From Dickeya solani IPO 2222 (GTDB lineage: Bacteria; Pseudomonadota; Gammaproteobacteria; Enterobacterales; Enterobacteriaceae), in contig NZ_CP015137.1 in NCBI RefSeq assembly GCF_001644705.1, positions 360,001-392,000 on the forward strand: DNA of 32,000 bases, written 5' to 3'. Positions 8,201 through 13,667 of the stretch are shown here, in pieces. Under the pieces are notes generated by a model. The model did not search any database and had not been told where the DNA came from. It was given only the letters and a program-made list of their open reading frames with translations. Numbering within the stretch: position 1 is the first letter of the stretch; every line of letters starts with the position of its first letter. The position numbers and the translations under genes were made by a program.

Positions 8201-9126
8201 CCTGCCGCAATCCGTTCGGCGCGTTCGGCAAGCTGCCGATAGCTTAAACGCACATCGCCTGCCACCAGCGCGGTGGCCTCGTTTCTCGCCGCCACTTGCT
8301 CGGCAAACAGAGAATAGAGAGAGCGATCCAACGCCGCATCGAGTTCGGTCGCATTCCACTCATGCATAACGCGTTCGATTTCTGCGTTACTGAGCAGCGA
8401 CTGTTCACCCAGTGTGTGCTCACTGCGCTGTGCAAAGCTGGACAACAGCTGCTGCAGGCGATTGAGAATGTTATGCGCATCTGCCTCGGTCATCTCGCCT
8501 TGGCGGTAATGCAGCGCTAATGACAACGTGACCCCGGTCTGGACAATAAGATGCAGCGGTACGTGCAACCTGTGGCGTTCATTTTCCGAGCCATGCGCAT
8601 CATGCACACTGATCAGCGAGTCGAAAAGCGGTTGATTCGATGGAAAGCCCACACCGTGCGAAAGGACATCAGGCATCAGATCGACATGGCGCTGATGCTG
8701 CTCAAACACTGAGGCAATATCGTTAAACCAGTCGCGCAACGCGAGACCGGCATCAAGATGCATGCGTAACGGCAAGGCGCAGTCTTCACCCCCGTCACGG
8801 GCAGGGAACCGCTTGCCAAACAGGACTTCATCCTCACCGCTGTACTTGCTCAGCAACAGGCTCCATGCCGCCGTCATCAGCACGTCCCATGTGGTGGACT
8901 CACGCTGCACCAGCGCCAGCAGTTCGGTACTCAACGCCTGCTCAACGTGGGAAACGAGCACACGGACTTCCTGCGCAGAGGAGGAGGCGCTCTTGGTATC
9001 CTCGCTCTCAGTGGCATTAACAAGGCTGGCGTTTGCCGTTCTTTGCGCCCCGGTAAGGTATCGCTGCCAATAAGCCGCGGCAGTATCCTTACGCGACAAG
9101 AGCATATTCTCCTGCATGGTAGCCAT
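2224..9126 (-). CDS. Bimodular NRPS: truncated C - A - T - C - A(luciferase-like monooxygenase insert) - T
   Basis: The ORF is 6,903 nt (2,300 aa). ATG 9126 lies 3 nt after the stop of the AT gene, with GAGGGAG upstream. Domain motifs are listed in the sub-features. It ends ...ADLAARTIELAETRL with no TE or R domain. Confidence 0.97.
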   Translation of the reverse strand: MATMQENMLLSRKDTAAAYWQRYLTGAQRTANASLVNATESEDTKSASSSAQEVRVLVSHVEQALSTELLALVQRESTTWDVLMTAAWSLLLSKYSGEDEVLFGKRFPARDGGEDCALPLRMHLDAGLALRDWFNDIASVFEQHQRHVDLMPDVLSHGVGFPSNQPLFDSLISVHDAHGSENERHRLHVPLHLIVQTGVTLSLALHYRQGEMTEADAHNILNRLQQLLSSFAQRSEHTLGEQSLLSNAEIERVMHEWNATELDAALDRSLYSLFAEQVAARNEATALVAGDVRLSYRQLAERAERIAAGLRRVGVTQGDRIVLSMDKTPNLIAAMLGIIKLGAAYVPVGLDAPGERRAFIINDARVRWTLTSRADRSSFSEDESSTLLLVEDYLEQAQTDAEQPEDSHSEAIDSHAIAYIIYTSGTTGTPKGVEIAHRSLINFCAWCEHIGIFSAGQPITQFAPYTFDASAGEIFGTLTRGCELHLLSNALIQNPPALTEYMVEHDIRFSAFPPPYLTHLDPARVPEGMTILTAGSAPTPGLIERWSERCRYINGYGPTETTIMSSAWMRGFEHSQDTRLSIGRPIANTRMYVVDNLGQLCAPGMAGEIWIGGEGVAVGYMNRPELTAQQFIADPWVAGARVYRTGDIGRWFDDGRIEFLGRRDHQIKLSGYRIELGEIESRIAALEHIKDATVIGITPDSGEARLVAYVVPEAACGNGAIAQWREVLATQLPHYMIPAAFVVMESLPLTANGKIDRKALPLPDDSAYVQRDFEAPNAGTESILAQLWRTMLGVDQVGRQDNFFELGGHSLLAMQLQAALREQKLYTDVPTLFAHPVLADLAAQIRLEDDASPAFVIPENVVTPATTALHPALFPLVSLSQQQIDQIVTRIPGGIANIQDIYALAPLQEGILFHHLFDEAGDPYLQCGHLSFTHRQTLDRYLEAIQHVVERHDILRTAFIWQGVETPVQVVLRHARLHVAELTFDAQDGPVVEQMKARVDPQVNRIDLTQPPLLHMVVAYDEEQARWEALMYIHHLVDDIASLQILLSDIQAFLNGEGARLPAALPFRHHVARLQQRHDTQQQSAFFTDMLADITEPSVPFNLKNGHLKGQRISETRRPLEAPLAQRLRAQARRLGVSVSSLCHLSWARVLSAACGSDTVVFGTVLSGRMHGENSDKIMGPCINTLPLRLDVGEGYAADAVRQTHQRLTALIKHEHASLSLAQQCSGIVAPTPMFSAVFNYRRNRPTDSDVLGDIEFDGVVWHGFEERTNYPISVSVDDFGDGFDIGVQAIESLSCARLFGYFHQSISSLVAALEADRVPAAAPMPLYELNILPPEERRHLLKTWNDTAVPFPATATIHQLFERQVEQRPQALALQMGNVRLSYAELNQRANRLAHHLIAQGVRPDTRVAVCTERTETMLVALLATLKAGGAYVPLDPEYPATRLAYILEDATPKVLVLDQRGRDVFGAAAGSDITVVDLARDGARWEALPGGNPDVATLNASHLAYVIYTSGSTGKPKGVMVEHRQVVNFLTGMQALFNLGVEDCLLSVTSISFDIAGLELYLPLMTGASIVLASRSQAMDPHALLNLLHTLNITIMQATPTTWRLLVDTDATPHKQLKILCGGEALPSDLAVRLHAFGESLWNLYGPTETTVWSTCNRVNAEDVTQYNQSIGRPIANTQVYLLDRYGKPVPMGAIGELYIGGDGVARGYHQRPELTAERFIPDPFSTDPAARLYRTGDFAQFMADGRLIFLGRTDHQLKLRGHRIELGEIEARLLSHPWVREAVVVAREDISGETRLVAYVVPGVTEEYVEEALADSDSLDFSLFFFGASSDAVQAYNHYAEVAEFGDKHGFTAVWTPERHFHHVGGLFANPALLSASLLARTRHIQLRPGSVVLPLHDTLCVAEDWSILDNLSNGRVGIGVASGWNKQDFVLAPQNYDERRELMHKGIEELKTLWQGGSVSRRDSHGDEISVRIYPAPVQKQLPIWVTAAGASETFEYAGRSGANLLTHMLTQNIEKLAKNIEIYRTARENAGFDPRTGTVTVMIHTYLGENLNEVLAQAKGPFLDYLEGHLSLLSGWLKEQNIHLDTLPSADKRSMLEFAFKRYTRELSFIGTPESALPVAEKLQEAGVNEVACLIDWIVPENALPALEHAAALKGLVQTLFSRKALRKHLQDALPDYMVPAAFVTLKSLPLTPNGKIDRNALVPPDEMSFARRAYVPPQGSMEITMASIWEELLGVERIGRQDHFFELGGYSLLAVRLIEQLRRRGLSIEIRTLFDTPILADLAARTIELAETRL
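2251..2451 (-). other. Thiolation (PCP) domain T2
   Basis: HFFELGGYSLLAVRLIEQL; the Ser2257 codon is at 2356-2358, checked against the DNA. Confidence 0.9.
2506..5055 (-). other. Adenylation domain A2, predicted glycine-specific, interrupted between A8 and A9/A10 by a monooxygenase domain
   Basis: Motifs are LSYAELN, LKAGGAYVPLDP, AYVIYTSGSTGKPKG, FDIAGLE, NLYGPTETT, GELYIGGDGVARGY, YRTGD and GRTDHQLKLRGHRIELGEIE. About 340 foreign aa follow, then LPDYMVPAAFV and PLTPNGKIDR. The hand-derived Stachelhaus residues (GrsA numbering) are D235 I236 L239 Q278 L299 G301 L322 V330 W331 K517 = DILQLGLVWK. That is one conservative change from the canonical Gly code DILQLGLIWK. Confidence 0.85.
2647..3663 (-). 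other. Luciferase-like (FMN-dependent) monooxygenase (MOx) domain embedded in A2
   Basis: aa ~1822-2160 read LDFSLFFFGASSDAVQAYNHYAEVAEFGDKHGFTAVWTPERHFHHVGGLFANPALLSASLLARTRHIQLRPGSVVLPLHD...GRVGIGVASGW...IPIWVTAAG. This is the typical N-terminal signature of the natural-product LLM domain family found inside NRPS A domains. Confidence 0.85.
5152..6495 (-). other. Condensation domain C2 (full length)
   Basis: Motifs are IQDIYALAPLQEGILFHH, RHDILRTAFIW, MYIHHLVDDIAS (H1034-H1035-x3-D1039), IMGPCINTLPLRLD and FEERTNYPISVSVDD. Confidence 0.92.
6592..6795 (-). other. Thiolation (PCP) domain T1
   Basis: NFFELGGHSLLAMQLQAAL; the Ser810 codon is at 6697-6699, checked against the DNA. Confidence 0.92.
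6847..8319 (-). other. Adenylation domain A1, substrate not assignable
   Basis: Motifs are LSYRQLAERA, IKLGAAYVPV, AYIIYTSGTTGTPKG, FDASAGEIF, NGYGPTETT, GEIWIGGEGVAVGY, YRTGD, GRRDHQIKLSGYRIELGEIE and PLTANGKIDR. The hand-derived specificity residues are D A G A L A G I M K, a code I do not recognise. Confidence 0.88.
8362..9084 (-). other. Truncated condensation-like domain (C-terminal lobe only; no HHxxxDG)
   Basis: aa ~15-255 begin at the YW..L motif (AAYWQRYLTG) that normally follows the catalytic N-lobe. They continue with VLMTAAWSLLLSKYSGEDEVLFG, CALPLRMHL and QPLFDSLISV, then run straight into A1. The ORF starts only 14 aa earlier, so there is no room for an N-lobe. Confidence 0.7.
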
Positions 9127-9129
9127 TGG

Positions 9130-11016
9130 TTATGCTCCCTCTGTGACAACTTGCCTGGAATGGTTTTTTAAAACATTCAGTAAGTTGGATACGCTTTCGG
9201 CGTTCCTGCCGAATTGATTGATGATCGCGCCGTGCTGAAAACGCGCGGCAAATCCGTATTTGATGAAGATTGACAGGGTGCCGGTTGGGCTGAGATCAAC
9301 AAAAAACGCCTCGTTTTTCTCAGCCAACGCCTGCATTAAGCCGTAGAAATCGACGGGCTCGCGCAAGACTCGCCAGAAATACTCGCTATCCCATCGCTCA
9401 ACCGCGGTACTCAACATGGCGGAGTACACCGGCATTGCGGGGGTGTTTTTCGGCAAGGTGTCGACTAAGGCTCGGAAATCGTGCTCGATAGCCGCTATCC
9501 CGGACGAGTGGAAGGGTTGCTCAACCGGCAGCAGCATCGAGATAATCTCCAGTTGCGTCAGGCGTTCTTTGAGAGCCGACAGACTCGCCACATCACCACT
9601 GACCACAAAGTTATTCTGGAAGTTAATGCTGGCTAACTCGGCGCCCTGATAAAGCGCGGCATTCGCGTGGAAGTGCGCCACCGGCGCCAGCACGCTCATC
9701 ATCCCGCCGCCGGCGGTTTTCTTGTGCAGCAGGTGCGCCTGAGACACCACCAGTTTTATGGCGTCATCAAGCGTCAATACACCGGCCACGACAGCCGCGA
9801 TGCACTCGCCCAGGCTGTATCCCAGCACGGCGTCAGGTTCGATCCCTTCTGCTTTGAGCATACCGGTCAGGCTGACGCCAACACTCAGTAACGCCACATT
9901 GGACAGCGCCACATCAGAGAACGGCAGGTGATGGCGGGCGTCGTCATACAGCGCCTCCAGAAGACCGTGGCCGGTGTGTTGACGATACAGAGCGTCACAC
10001 CTGTCCATCTGGCTGCGAAAGGTACTATTACGTCGATACAGTTCACGGCCCATGCCGTAATACTGCGCACCCTGCCCCCCAAACATAAACACCACACGAG
10101 GGTTGGAGGATGGCGTTGTCGGGGCGTCGGCCACGTTTTTTACCGTTGGCTTACCCGGCAACGCCATCGGCTGTGCTTTTATTTTGTCAAACAGGCTGGT
10201 TAGTACCTGCCCTGGCCCGATTTCGTGCTGTTTAACCTCGCCGGACGCCAGCAGCCGCGAGATACTTTCGTACCAACGAACGGGGTGGCTTATCTGGCGC
10301 GTTAACAAGTCAAGATAATCGGTTTCTGGATAATCGAGCGCTGTGTAGTTGGAAATAACCCGCGCATTGAGCGGATTGAAAGTAAAGCGTTGCGCAAATT
10401 GTGCAAACTGCGCTTCGATATCTCGCATATAGCGAGAGTGAAAAGCCGCACTCACGTTTAGCCTGACGTAGCGTGCGCCGGCATCCGTAAACAACGTCTC
10501 GCAGGCAACGATGTCATCATAAAGACCCGAAATAACGATTTGCTGGGCACTGTTGATGTTGGCGATATCAATGCCGCTCAACGGCGACGCCGCGAGGAGC
10601 TCAACGATCTGATGCAGATCGATGCCCACGATGGCGGCCATCGCGCCGCGCGGCGCTTTCGACATCAGCATACCGCGCTCTCTGACCAGCGCGACGCCGG
10701 TTGCAAAATCAAACGCCCCCGCGGCAAACAGCGCGGCAAACTCCCCCAGACTATGACCCGCGTAGCAATCCGGCGCATCCAATCCGCTTTGTCGACTGGC
10801 GAGCACCCCGAGCGCTGAGACAACAAACAACGCTGGCTGGGTGAACATCGTCTCACCCAGCACACCCTGAGGATCGCTGAGGCATAGCTCACGAATGGAG
10901 AAACCGAGGATCTCATCGGCCTCGCTGACGAGCCTGGGGAAACGCTCAAACAGCTCATTCCCCATCCCTTTCTGCTGCGATCCCTGGCCAGGAAATACCC
11001 AAACTGAAGAAGACAT
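9130..11016 (-). CDS. Free-standing tandem acyltransferase (AT-AT) for the trans-AT PKS
   Basis: The track ORF is 9130-11049 and starts at GTG. I prefer ATG 11014-11016 (MSSSVWVFPGQGSQ), which has AGGAG at 11021-11025. It has two FabD-like halves with GHSLGE and GYSLGE nucleophile elbows. Confidence 0.93.
   Translation of the reverse strand: MSSSVWVFPGQGSQQKGMGNELFERFPRLVSEADEILGFSIRELCLSDPQGVLGETMFTQPALFVVSALGVLASRQSGLDAPDCYAGHSLGEFAALFAAGAFDFATGVALVRERGMLMSKAPRGAMAAIVGIDLHQIVELLAASPLSGIDIANINSAQQIVISGLYDDIVACETLFTDAGARYVRLNVSAAFHSRYMRDIEAQFAQFAQRFTFNPLNARVISNYTALDYPETDYLDLLTRQISHPVRWYESISRLLASGEVKQHEIGPGQVLTSLFDKIKAQPMALPGKPTVKNVADAPTTPSSNPRVVFMFGGQGAQYYGMGRELYRRNSTFRSQMDRCDALYRQHTGHGLLEALYDDARHHLPFSDVALSNVALLSVGVSLTGMLKAEGIEPDAVLGYSLGECIAAVVAGVLTLDDAIKLVVSQAHLLHKKTAGGGMMSVLAPVAHFHANAALYQGAELASINFQNNFVVSGDVASLSALKERLTQLEIISMLLPVEQPFHSSGIAAIEHDFRALVDTLPKNTPAMPVYSAMLSTAVERWDSEYFWRVLREPVDFYGLMQALAEKNEAFFVDLSPTGTLSIFIKYGFAARFQHGAIINQFGRNAESVSNLLNVLKNHSRQVVTEGA
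9250..10101 (-). other. AT2: divergent acyltransferase/acylhydrolase-like domain lacking the carboxylate-binding Arg
   Basis: VVFMFGGQGAQYYGMG, GYSLGE (Ser412 in track-ORF numbering), QPFHS. The residue 25 positions after the Ser, which is Arg117 in E. coli FabD, is Gln437 (KLVVSQAHLL). Confidence 0.75.
10150..11007 (-). other. AT1: malonyl-CoA:ACP transacylase-type domain
   Basis: VWVFPGQGSQQKGMG, GHSLGE (Ser100), Arg125 at the FabD Arg117 position (LVRERG), and an AAFHS (xAFH) malonyl-type motif. Confidence 0.85.
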
Positions 11017-11087
11017 AACTCTCCTATTACTGTTCCCGAGGACTGTCACTTAACGTTGCTTGTTTATCCCAACAGCGACTCGCTAGT

Positions 11088-11357
11088 TCAGGACTTGATC
11101 TCTTCAGCCGGTAGATGGGCTTCAATGGTGCCGACCAGATCCCCGAGCGTGTAAATACCGCGCTTGTCACCGTCGTTTACCTTGATGTGGAGCCGCTTCT
11201 CAATCTCGTACCAGGACTCAAGCATCTCGATCGAATCCACACCCAGCTCACCGCCGATAAATGAATCCAGGTCCACGACATCAGGGGTAAACCCGGTATT
11301 TTTGATGCCGTTAATAATGTCGAGAACAACGGAGAGAATGTCTTTCTGAGCGTCCAT
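11088..11357 (-). CDS. Discrete acyl carrier protein (89 aa)
   Basis: The phosphopantetheine site is GELGVDSIEMLE; the Ser42 codon at 11232-11234 was checked in the DNA. AAGGA lies 8 nt upstream of the ATG, and the gene starts 24 nt after the AOS stop. Confidence 0.9.
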   Translation of the reverse strand: MDAQKDILSVVLDIINGIKNTGFTPDVVDLDSFIGGELGVDSIEMLESWYEIEKRLHIKVNDGDKRGIYTLGDLVGTIEAHLPAEEIKS

Positions 11358-11381
11358 TTCTGATTTCCTTCAGCTAATCCA

Positions 11382-12626
11382 TTAGAGCGCGTCAAACTCG
11401 CGCGCAACCTCAGTGATAATGTCAACAACTTGATCGATCTCTTCCCGGGTATGGGAAGACATCACGGAGAGACGCAGACGTTCTTTATCAGGAGGGACCA
11501 TCGGGTATTCCATGATGTTGGCGAACACACCACGTTCAAAAAGACGGCGGTTTATATTGCCCACCACGGAGATTTTCCCGAAGAAGACGGGAATGATCCC
11601 GGACTCTCCGCGAAGAATGTTGAAGCCTTTCGATTCCAACTGGTCCTGCATGTAGCGCACGTTGTCATGCAGGCGCTCAATGCGTTCCGGCTCGCGTTCC
11701 ATCACGTCCAACGCCGCGGAAATAGCCGCAATCGTCGGCTGCGCTAAACCCGAGGTAAACAGATAAGGATAAGAGAAGTTTCGCAGCATAAAGATGTGTT
11801 CACGGCTGCCGGAGATGAAAGCGCCCTGAGCGCCCAGTGATTTGCTGCAGGTGGACATACGCAAATCAACCTGGCCCAGCAGGTCTAAATGCTCAAGCGT
11901 TCCCTTGCCGGTTCGCCCCAAGGTGCCCAAACCGTGAGCATCATCGAGAATGGTGATGATGTCGTGCGCCCGGCAGATATCGATGTAACGCTTGAGATCG
12001 ATGGTCGAGCCGTCCGTAGAACGCACGCCTTCCACAGTGGAAAATATTTGCGTATGAGGTTTCGAACGCGCCCGAATTTTAGGCAACATCGCCTCAAACT
12101 CATCCAGGCGCTCGGGATCGAAGGTAAAGAACGGCACGTTGGTCATTTTGACCGCGTTGATCACGCTGGCATGGCTGTTCTGGTCATAGATGATGATATC
12201 GTTACGATTCATCAGTCCATTCACCCAGCACAGGTTTGCCATATAACCGCTCGGCAGCAGCACCGCGTCTTCGTGGCCTGCTAACGCCGCCAGACGCGTC
12301 TCAAGATCCCGATGTTGCCTGGTGTAACCGGAAAATGCCGGCGACCCGCCGGTGCCAATACCGTATTTTTCTACCGCTTCGACCACTTTGCTTTTCACGT
12401 AAGGATGGTTAGCCAGACCGAGATAGCTGTTTGAACCAAACACCAATACATTTCTGAAGTCGTCGCTATGCAGGTCTTTGTACTGCATGCGCGCATCAAC
12501 CGGCCCCACGCCCTGGCGTCCGAACATGAAGCCTTTTTCCAGCTCTTTCAAATAGGTGTCATAGCGTAATTTCACGCGTTCCTTGAAAGGCTTACGTTCA
12601 AGTTCGATCAGATCATGAAAATCCAT
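11382..12626 (-). CDS. PLP-dependent alpha-oxoamine synthase (BioF / KBL / serine palmitoyltransferase family), 414 aa
   Basis: Family motifs are FGSNSYLGL (aa 63-71), NSHAS (His152), ILDDAHGLG (Asp228, His231) and MSTCSKSLGAQGAF with the Schiff-base Lys262 (codon 11841-11843 checked). AGGAGG lies 8 nt upstream of the ATG. Confidence 0.92.
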   Translation of the reverse strand: MDFHDLIELERKPFKERVKLRYDTYLKELEKGFMFGRQGVGPVDARMQYKDLHSDDFRNVLVFGSNSYLGLANHPYVKSKVVEAVEKYGIGTGGSPAFSGYTRQHRDLETRLAALAGHEDAVLLPSGYMANLCWVNGLMNRNDIIIYDQNSHASVINAVKMTNVPFFTFDPERLDEFEAMLPKIRARSKPHTQIFSTVEGVRSTDGSTIDLKRYIDICRAHDIITILDDAHGLGTLGRTGKGTLEHLDLLGQVDLRMSTCSKSLGAQGAFISGSREHIFMLRNFSYPYLFTSGLAQPTIAAISAALDVMEREPERIERLHDNVRYMQDQLESKGFNILRGESGIIPVFFGKISVVGNINRRLFERGVFANIMEYPMVPPDKERLRLSVMSSHTREEIDQVVDIITEVAREFDAL

Positions 12627-12651
12627 TATAAAAACCTCCTTGATTATTGAT

Positions 12652-12668
12652 TCTCTCTCAGAGAGAGA
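12652..12668 (-). other. Perfect (TC)n/(GA)n hairpin in the SDR-AOS intergenic spacer
   Basis: TCTCTCTCAGAGAGAGA forms a 7-8 bp perfect stem with a minimal loop. It lies between the SDR stop (12678-12680) and the AOS Shine-Dalgarno (12635-12640). No U tract follows it. Confidence 0.6.
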
Positions 12669-12677
12669 TTCCGATTG

Positions 12678-13667
12678 CTAAGGCGCAATAAAACCGTTGG
12701 CCCGATACCAGGAAACGCACTCCTCCACCATCTGGCTTAAGGAGGAAGGCTTATAGCCCAGCTCACGCTCTGCCTTGGCGCTGCTAAAGTAATAAACCCC
12801 ACCGAAGACACGCAGACGATAGGCATCCAGCACCGGTTCGCCGCGCACCAGCCAGGGCAACTTTTCCTGAAGCAGGGTTTTCAGATAGAAAGACGAATAA
12901 TGGGTCTTAGGCAGATCAACCTTGCACGGCACGACCGATTCAATGGTGTTGATAAGCTCGGTATAGCGAGCATTCGCCCCCGCAATCAGGTAGCGCTCGC
13001 CTGAGTTTCCTTTGGTTAAGGCGCTGACGTGCGCGTCACCGACATCACCCGCGCCGCAAAAACTGGCACCGCCCGGGGGCAGGAACGGCAACTGGTTATA
13101 GTTCACCGCCAGCACCATGCGCCCCCACTGCATTGAATAGTCGTAGGCACCCAGCACTTCCGTCGGGTTCAGAATGACGGCGGACAAGCCGCGATCGCAG
13201 GCGCGGTACACCAGCTCCTCAGCGAGCAATTTACTTTTGGCATAAGGGTTTTTCGCGCGAAAACCCGCCAGCGCGGTCTCTTCGGTCGCTTCGGCGGCGG
13301 GGTCGTTATGCGCCCCGATCGTCGAGCTGGTACTGGTATACACCAGACGCGACACCCCGCATGCCAGCGCCGCCTCAATCACCGAGCGCGTCCCTTCAAC
13401 ATTGACCGCTGCCAGCAGCGGCCAGTCACGGGCGTTGCTGCTGGTATTGCCTGCGGTATGAATCACCCCGTCGTGCCCGGCCATCGCCGCTCGCAGGCGC
13501 TGGTTATCATGCAATTCGCCGCGCACCAGCGTGACGCCGAACGATTCCAGAAAGCTCACGTTGGATGACGCTCGCACATACGCCGTGACCTGATGTTTGG
13601 CGGCGACCAAGGCTTTTATAACGTTGAGCCCAACAAATCCGTTTGCTCCGGTGATCAGTATTTTCAT
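12678..13667 (-). CDS. NAD(P)-dependent extended short-chain dehydrogenase/reductase (epimerase/dehydratase fold), 329 aa; candidate ketoreductase
   Basis: MKILITGANGFVG (TGxxGxxG), a Ser-rich TSTSS strand, and PYAKSK (Tyr142-x3-Lys146). Its ATG 13665-13667 overlaps the PKS TGA 13664-13666 (ATGA). Confidence 0.9.
   Translation of the reverse strand: MKILITGANGFVGLNVIKALVAAKHQVTAYVRASSNVSFLESFGVTLVRGELHDNQRLRAAMAGHDGVIHTAGNTSSNARDWPLLAAVNVEGTRSVIEAALACGVSRLVYTSTSSTIGAHNDPAAEATEETALAGFRAKNPYAKSKLLAEELVYRACDRGLSAVILNPTEVLGAYDYSMQWGRMVLAVNYNQLPFLPPGGASFCGAGDVGDAHVSALTKGNSGERYLIAGANARYTELINTIESVVPCKVDLPKTHYSSFYLKTLLQEKLPWLVRGEPVLDAYRLRVFGGVYYFSSAKAERELGYKPSSLSQMVEECVSWYRANGFIAP

Noticed and set aside
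11017-11049. The GTG start at 11049 used by the ORF track for the AT-AT gene (MTVLGNSNRRV...).
   Set aside because: The internal ATG at 11016 is preceded by AGGAG at optimal spacing and starts right at the conserved AT N-terminus (VWVFPGQGSQ). No SD motif precedes the GTG. The longer form cannot be excluded.
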